Source of the DNA: a virus
Direction: 5' to 3' (one strand)
Virus record (IMG/VR): IMGVR_UViG_3300042453_005121
Location: 1 to 64,000 of that record
DNA: 64,000 nucleotides
Shown here one piece after another: positions 58,748-64,000 of this stretch. Each line of letters opens with the position of its first letter. The first letter of the stretch is position 1. The position numbers were made by a program, and so were the translations under genes. The notes under the pieces are model-generated. The model saw nothing but the letters and a program-made list of their open reading frames with translations, was not told where the DNA came from and did not search any database.

Positions 58748-59155
58748 GTGGAAATGAAGCATCTTGAAGAAGTGAACATGAGTTACGCAGGTCACTTGGG
58801 GCTCGCCATGTTGAATTCATTGCGGCTGCTTGTTTCCTCCGTGGCTCTTTTTATCCATGCATTATTTCCATTTTTATTCACTCACACGGCCTCCGGTCTT
58901 ATGGAGGATGTTCGGAACTCATTTCCCAAGGTTGGTAATGACAGGATACTGGTGAGATTCAACACCAAGTGGAAAGAAGACCCGGAGAAGAGGCAATGGA
59001 GGGTTTTGGTAAACGGCGTGGAGACTTTGGCTAATGATGTCTTTATAAAAAATGGCTCCGAGACAGTGGAGGAAGAAATATCTGGGGAGAAGAAGTTTCA
59101 TTTCTTGTGTTTTGGCAAAGTCACATGGCAAGATGGTTCGGCAACTATAACATGA
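58748..59155 (+). CDS. DUF6356-like membrane protein with a C-terminal extension
   Basis: HL..VNMSY..H...IHA.FPFLF. Confidence 0.6.
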   Translation: MEMKHLEEVNMSYAGHLGLAMLNSLRLLVSSVALFIHALFPFLFTHTASGLMEDVRNSFPKVGNDRILVRFNTKWKEDPEKRQWRVLVNGVETLANDVFIKNGSETVEEEISGEKKFHFLCFGKVTWQDGSATIT

Positions 59156-60126
59156 ACAAAATCAACTTCAGAAAATGGTTTGAGTCCTCCGGCCTTGACG
59201 CCCTCTTGTCGGTGATTAGCGACAAGCACCCGGGATTGAAGATATATGCCTATGAGGGCAGGGAAAAGATTGAACTCATGGAGATAAAGGTCCCCGAGGA
59301 ATCTAGGGGCAAGGGAGTCGGCACCGAGGTCATCAAGATGATTCAGGACTACGCCCGTTCGGTCGGAAAGCCAATAGTCCTGAGGCCCGAGGCTGATAGG
59401 GGGAGGAAGGGCGACCTAGAGAGGTTCTACAGGGGCTTGGGATTTGTTCACAACAGGGGGAAGAACACGGACTTCGTTCTTTCTTCTCCCACGAGCAGGA
59501 CCATGTACTGGAGGCCTAGCGTGGACGAGTCTGTTCGCGTGACGGACACGTGGCCCATTAACAAATTGTTTTATGACATGGACAATCCCAAGGAAAGAAG
59601 GCAGTACGAGAAGGATTTGCAGGACCGTTTAGAAAGACTTAAAAAGCCCGAAAAGAAGATCGTTTCAGAAAAGTTGATGAGGGAGCCGTACACCATAACG
59701 TGCTGGCGTGGGTTTGACATGAGATCATTTGAGAGGGATGTATCGCTAGATTCCGGGGCACTGCGAATCAAGGGCGACAGGGCGATGGAGGGAATGCTTT
59801 GGTTCACTCACTCGCTCCAGCCGCGTCATGAATTTGACCCGAAGGAATATGCGATCGGACATGCGCGAGGAGACGGCTATTTGCTCACGTATCCATTGGT
59901 GTGCGAGAGAAGATACAAACTGATAACGTACGACGACGGTTCTACGTCAACGGATGGCCCAGATGAGCGTGTGAATCAGACGGAATTGAGCGACAAGGGA
60001 TTTTTCTGGGGTTCTCTTTACGACCTTCCTCCCGGGTGGTTCTTCACATGGCAGGTTCAAAAGCACATTGGATTCAAGGGATTATTGAAAATTGACATGG
60101 GCATGCTTGAGAGGATAGAGGAATGA
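59152..60126 (+). CDS. GNAT acetyltransferase plus a second (ART-like?) domain, with CTS-like N-terminus
   Basis: INFRKWFES; VPEESRGKGVGT and LERFYRGLGF; second domain WRG...WFT...YA. Confidence 0.7.
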   Translation: MNKINFRKWFESSGLDALLSVISDKHPGLKIYAYEGREKIELMEIKVPEESRGKGVGTEVIKMIQDYARSVGKPIVLRPEADRGRKGDLERFYRGLGFVHNRGKNTDFVLSSPTSRTMYWRPSVDESVRVTDTWPINKLFYDMDNPKERRQYEKDLQDRLERLKKPEKKIVSEKLMREPYTITCWRGFDMRSFERDVSLDSGALRIKGDRAMEGMLWFTHSLQPRHEFDPKEYAIGHARGDGYLLTYPLVCERRYKLITYDDGSTSTDGPDERVNQTELSDKGFFWGSLYDLPPGWFFTWQVQKHIGFKGLLKIDMGMLERIEE

Positions 60127-61004
60127 TGGGATTTTCGGAGTGGTTTTTGAGCGAGGCTCGGACTCCAAAGGTCATCATGTACCACGGAACGGCGTTCAGG
60201 AACTTGAGGCCGATAATGTCGCACGGACTTCTTCCCAATCCAAAGGGAAGGGCGTGGCAGGAAGATCCCGACTCGTCGTTCCACAGCGCCAGCAGGGCTT
60301 CTCTAGATGGCATATATCTCACCCGAAATCTGATGACTGCTCTTTCTGCTGCCAGCAACGGGGCCAATAGGAAATACATCAAAGAGGGCGATCTTTTGGT
60401 TGCGGTGGAGATGCAGCCGAAGACCGCGTTTGCCGACGAGGATGACCTCAACTTCATGGCTACCGTATCCAACATGGAGATGAGGGTGGCCGATTTGTAT
60501 TATTCATTGGAGAAGGGCGGTCCGGAAGGTCATTTGGAGGCTGCCAAGAACGAGTACAAGGATAGGTTCTTCTCCAGGGTGGGTTCGGAGGTTTCCTTGA
60601 ATCCCCTCGTCAAGGAACGTCTTGATTCAATGGTGGACTCTGTATTTGAGGCCGCGCTGAGGAGGCAGGCCGCCTATGTGGGCTACTACATGAAAAACTA
60701 TTTCAAAGACATCGGTATTCCCGACAAGAACGAAGCCGAAAGAAATTTCATGATGGCGAGGGAGGCATTGACGAGGACGCTCAAGTCGCTCGCAAATCCA
60801 TTCAACTACAAAAACGAGCCGTTCAATCTCACGGCAAGGGTGGAGGAGCCCATAGGATTCAGGGGATCAAACAGGATAGTTTGCATTTTGCACGTGCCGT
60901 TTGATTACAAGGAAAAGCCGAGGCTCGTGTACGGAACGGTCCCAGAAGATTTGATCAAGCAATGGGGGGAACGAAAGGGCGAGTGGAAGGGCGCTACCAC
61001 CTGA
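60123..61004 (+). CDS. Putative ADP-ribosyltransferase-fold protein with CTS-like N-terminus
   Basis: MMGFSEWFLSEA; MYHGT...I...GL.P...GIYLT. Confidence 0.6.
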   Translation: MMGFSEWFLSEARTPKVIMYHGTAFRNLRPIMSHGLLPNPKGRAWQEDPDSSFHSASRASLDGIYLTRNLMTALSAASNGANRKYIKEGDLLVAVEMQPKTAFADEDDLNFMATVSNMEMRVADLYYSLEKGGPEGHLEAAKNEYKDRFFSRVGSEVSLNPLVKERLDSMVDSVFEAALRRQAAYVGYYMKNYFKDIGIPDKNEAERNFMMAREALTRTLKSLANPFNYKNEPFNLTARVEEPIGFRGSNRIVCILHVPFDYKEKPRLVYGTVPEDLIKQWGERKGEWKGATT

Positions 61005-61329
61005 GGTCGTCGGGCAGCCTTTCGTATATCTTGTCGCACTCCTCCTCGTGTCGGAGTGCTTCTCCCATGTTTCCCTTGATTCTTTCTTCCATGGCGTGCA
61101 TTTTGTTTGTTGCGTAGACGGCTAGCAGTTTGGTGGCCTCCATGGCCATTTCCGGCTCGCTGATTCCGGTGAGGTGGACGGATTCGTCTGGCCTTGGGTT
61201 TCTGTACATGAGCACGAAGCTCTTGAGTTGATCTGCGGTCATGGCGTCCAGATTCGGCACATTGGTCTCGGCGTACTGGCTTTCGCTGATTATTCCGGCG
61301 AGTAGCATTTCATATTTTGTCTTCTTCAT
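60994..61329 (-). CDS. Hypothetical protein
   Basis: MLLAGIISESQY near the N-terminus; start from the shared TATATA box. Confidence 0.6.
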   Translation of the reverse strand: MKKTKYEMLLAGIISESQYAETNVPNLDAMTADQLKSFVLMYRNPRPDESVHLTGISEPEMAMEATKLLAVYATNKMHAMEERIKGNMGEALRHEEECDKIYERLPDDLRW

Positions 61330-61333
61330 GCAA

Positions 61334-61341
61334 CTATATAT
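61334..61341. promoter_or_regulatory. Bidirectional late-promoter-like box serving two divergent, apparently leaderless genes
   Basis: CTATATA-tcccc-ATG (+, 61346) and ATATATA-gttgc-ATG (-, 61329). Confidence 0.7.
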
Positions 61342-61345
61342 CCCC

Positions 61346-61609
61346 ATGGATTCCAACCTTGTTGAAATTTCCGGTTGGGTTGGTTCGGTGCTGCTCGCCT
61401 TCTGCGGCCTTCCTCAGGCATTGGAGTCATGGAGGACTGGGTCTTCTTCTGGCGTGACGTGGGGGCTTCTATTGATGTGGGGGGTCGGAGAGGTCTTGAC
61501 TCTGGTCTATGTGTTGCCGAAGATGGAGATTCCCTTGCTTTTCAATTATGCGGCCAACATCGTCTTCCTTTTGGTCATAACCTATTTCAAGGTCTGGCCG
61601 AGGTCTTGA
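61346..61609 (+). CDS. PQ-loop/SemiSWEET-like small membrane protein
   Basis: GWVGS.LLAFCGLPQA...GVTWG.L; three TM helices. Confidence 0.8.
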   Translation: MDSNLVEISGWVGSVLLAFCGLPQALESWRTGSSSGVTWGLLLMWGVGEVLTLVYVLPKMEIPLLFNYAANIVFLLVITYFKVWPRS

Positions 61610-61947
61610 TTTTTGATTAGTAGTTCTCCGACGACCTCCATGCGTCCGAGAAGTTCTTGAAATCCTTTCATGTCTGTTTTTTCTATCTTGTCCATCATGG
61701 AGTGCAGTTGTGAGCAGAGATCAACGTATTCTTTCTTGAGTTTTTCGGGGTTAAATTTGCCTTCTTTCGCTTGCTTGTAATATGGCAATTTGACCCTGAA
61801 ATGGTCGCGAGTAAGAAGTGCTGCTCCTCCTTTTTCTTCTGCTGCGTCCGCAATCTTCTTGGCGCCGTCAAACCTTTTGCCGGAGAATTCTTTTAATTCT
61901 GATTCTGATGATTCGTTGATTCCTGACAGTACAATCCAATCGTTCAT
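61582..61947 (-). CDS. Hypothetical protein
   Basis: 121 aa; GGAG SD; early INES site. Confidence 0.6.
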   Translation of the reverse strand: MNDWIVLSGINESSESELKEFSGKRFDGAKKIADAAEEKGGAALLTRDHFRVKLPYYKQAKEGKFNPEKLKKEYVDLCSQLHSMMDKIEKTDMKGFQELLGRMEVVGELLIKNQDLGQTLK

Positions 61948-61972
61948 GTGAATTCTCTCCCCTTATTATGGT

Positions 61973-63133
61973 TCATCCAGTCTTGAACTTTTCCTTTCTC
62001 AAGTCATCCATCAGGTCGCGATCGGACATGATTTCCTGCGAGTCCTTGAGCGACGCTGTTATGTAGTGCACAGTTCCCCCGTACCCTCCTTTTTCCGAGT
62101 ACTTCTTTGCGTCGCCGAAATCTGCATCGGGGCGTCTCAGTCTCACCAGTTCCTTGAGTTTATAAAAGTTGTCCTCCAAGTCGTCGGGATATGTGCTGCT
62201 GATCGTGACGGATGATCTGGAGAATCTCACGACGCCCCTAGATGTTTTCTTTGGTTCGGGTTTGAATTCGTTGGGCTTTGCATCCAAGCTCTTGTCTTCT
62301 TCTATGTCGTCGAATGCCTCTCCGAAGAGTCTTTCCATTGCTCTCTTGTCGGCGAAGTGGAATCCAGGCTTGTTGTGGGCCTTCAATGCGGCGATTACGT
62401 CGTGGAGTCTGGATTCGGAAAGGCCGTATTTCTTCGCATTCTTTTCCATCCATTCCGAAAGGTTTTGATTATCAGAAGGGTTGGCCGAATGTCCTTGGCC
62501 GAACTTCTTGAGTGAAGATATCTTGTCCACCATTCTCTGTATGTTCGGCGGAAGTGGAACGGATCTACCGAGCGGGAATCTTCTCGCCGGGTGATACTTT
62601 CCTGAGGTGAACGCGTCGTGCTTGTCCTTTATGACTAGGTCTTGCTGGTCTTGTGGAGTGGTGGGGTGGAACTGAGCACTTGTGATGTCTATGTAATGTC
62701 CCTCGGCCTCCACCCACCAGTGTTGTTGGGGGCTCTTCATGTTGTGGCCCTTTGGTGGGTTGGCGTCGTTGAGTCCGATCGCATACCCGGCGTGGTATCC
62801 CGGCTCTGGGGTTCCGTACCATCCGGCAACCTTTCTTGCCTTGAACCCTTTTTCCCTCAGGAATTTTGCTAGGTCGTCCGCCGCGTTAACGCACGTGAAG
62901 GATAGCGGATGGTGCTTGAATGGAACCACTCCCAAACTCTTGTCGTAATCCGTTCCGAGTTCGTCCTCAACGTGTTTTGGATTGTTTGGATCAAAGTGCA
63001 TGTTCTTTGGGCGCGTGATGTAATAGCACTTTTGGGCTCCGGGCTTTTTGACGAGATATTCTTTTACTGCGGCTTCAAGACGTTCCTTCATGCTCGGGGA
63101 AGGGTCGGCGAGCCACTCCATGAATGTCTTCAT
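61973..63133 (-). CDS. Transglutaminase/papain-like Cys-His-Asp protein with CTS-like N-terminus
   Basis: MKTFMEWL; TCVNAA...HWWVE...YIDITSAQF. Confidence 0.65.
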   Translation of the reverse strand: MKTFMEWLADPSPSMKERLEAAVKEYLVKKPGAQKCYYITRPKNMHFDPNNPKHVEDELGTDYDKSLGVVPFKHHPLSFTCVNAADDLAKFLREKGFKARKVAGWYGTPEPGYHAGYAIGLNDANPPKGHNMKSPQQHWWVEAEGHYIDITSAQFHPTTPQDQQDLVIKDKHDAFTSGKYHPARRFPLGRSVPLPPNIQRMVDKISSLKKFGQGHSANPSDNQNLSEWMEKNAKKYGLSESRLHDVIAALKAHNKPGFHFADKRAMERLFGEAFDDIEEDKSLDAKPNEFKPEPKKTSRGVVRFSRSSVTISSTYPDDLEDNFYKLKELVRLRRPDADFGDAKKYSEKGGYGGTVHYITASLKDSQEIMSDRDLMDDLRKEKFKTG

Positions 63134-64000
63134 TTCTCACCTACTTCACTCTTGAGTGATACCTTGGCATTGTCCAGGAACATCTCCTTGTCAAAGCCGG
63201 AAAACCCTCCGTATGGGGATTCAAACTTGAAGCTTTCCTTGTTTTGTAAATAGTCCTCCAAATCCAACTCCTCGGTCTTGGATATGAAGTCCGAAAGGTC
63301 CTGGCTGTGAATCTGGAGTCTGTACGGGTGGTTCTCCATGTCCACCCAGAATCCATTTTCATCGCTGCTGTCCATGGCCTTCTTGAACGATTCCCACGCG
63401 TCCTTCTCGGAGCCGGATACGTACGCGTCTTTGTATGCCGACGAAAGGGCTTCGCGCACCGAATTACTCGCATCCCAAGCAGCCTCTGCGTCATCTACCT
63501 CGTGGCCCTCCTCCTTGGCGACCCTGATCATCGTATCTTCCAGTTCATCATCGGCTTTATGGGACATGTCGTTCCAACTTATGTCCCAACTTATGTTATC
63601 GGCAAAGTCCATGTCGCCGCCGAACCAGTGACCGAAACCTCCCATGCCTTCCTTGTCGTCTGTAGAAACTATGTTCCCCAAATCCTCAAGGTCGTACTGC
63701 TTCAGCGTCACCGTGTCTCCTTCAAGGCTCATGTCTTTCGGGACGAGGCTTAGATGGCTGGCTATCTCATATTTTCTGCCTGTTTGCAGCATGTGCTTTA
63801 CCATATTGCCTATGTTTGGCTTTATCGCCTCTATGATCTTGCGGTCGGTTTCTTGGAGGTCTTTGAGGCTGAAGTTCCTTTCCGGGGCATATCCTCCTCC
63901 CTTGATCACGTGTATGGACGGGTGCTTTAGAAGCTCCATGATCGCCGGATGGTATCTCTTGGATGGCTTGCTGTTGCCTCTGCCCTTCATTTCGCCGAGA
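63130..64000 (-). CDS. Hypothetical acidic protein, probably 5'-truncated by the window edge
   Basis: Frame open to the window end; ATGA overlap with the next gene. Confidence 0.6.
   Translation of the reverse strand, partial: LGEMKGRGNSKPSKRYHPAIMELLKHPSIHVIKGGGYAPERNFSLKDLQETDRKIIEAIKPNIGNMVKHMLQTGRKYEIASHLSLVPKDMSLEGDTVTLKQYDLEDLGNIVSTDDKEGMGGFGHWFGGDMDFADNISWDISWNDMSHKADDELEDTMIRVAKEEGHEVDDAEAAWDASNSVREALSSAYKDAYVSGSEKDAWESFKKAMDSSDENGFWVDMENHPYRLQIHSQDLSDFISKTEELDLEDYLQNKESFKFESPYGGFSGFDKEMFLDNAKVSLKSEVGEK

Overview
This window is a fragment of a large T4-like (myovirus, probably jumbo-type) dsDNA phage genome read in the standard genetic code. It carries a T4-like head module: an intein-containing portal gp20 (5'-truncated), a core/scaffold-like protein, prohead protease gp21, scaffold gp22 and major capsid gp23, plus a gp13-like neck gene near 58 kb. 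Between these lie free-standing homing-endonuclease-like genes, large repeat-rich surface/adhesin proteins, auxiliary enzymes and chaperones, and many hypotheticals. Five signals are not explained by the ORF track alone. (1) About 17 unrelated proteins, many predicted host-modifying enzymes, share an N-terminal M-x-x-F-x-E-W...E peptide resembling the T4 capsid targeting sequence, which suggests a large virion-packaged effector payload. (2) A late-promoter-like nTAnATA box sits exactly 5 nt before the ATG of at least 11 genes, which suggests leaderless late mRNAs. (3) A shared ~85-aa module is fused to different passenger domains. (4) A C5 methyltransferase has its motif IX in a fully overlapping second reading frame. 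(5) An ORF-less IS200/IS605-like element carries a possible HEARO/omegaRNA-like scaffold. All assignments were made by eye from motifs; no database searches were run. The host is unknown, with only weak Planctomycetota-like hints.
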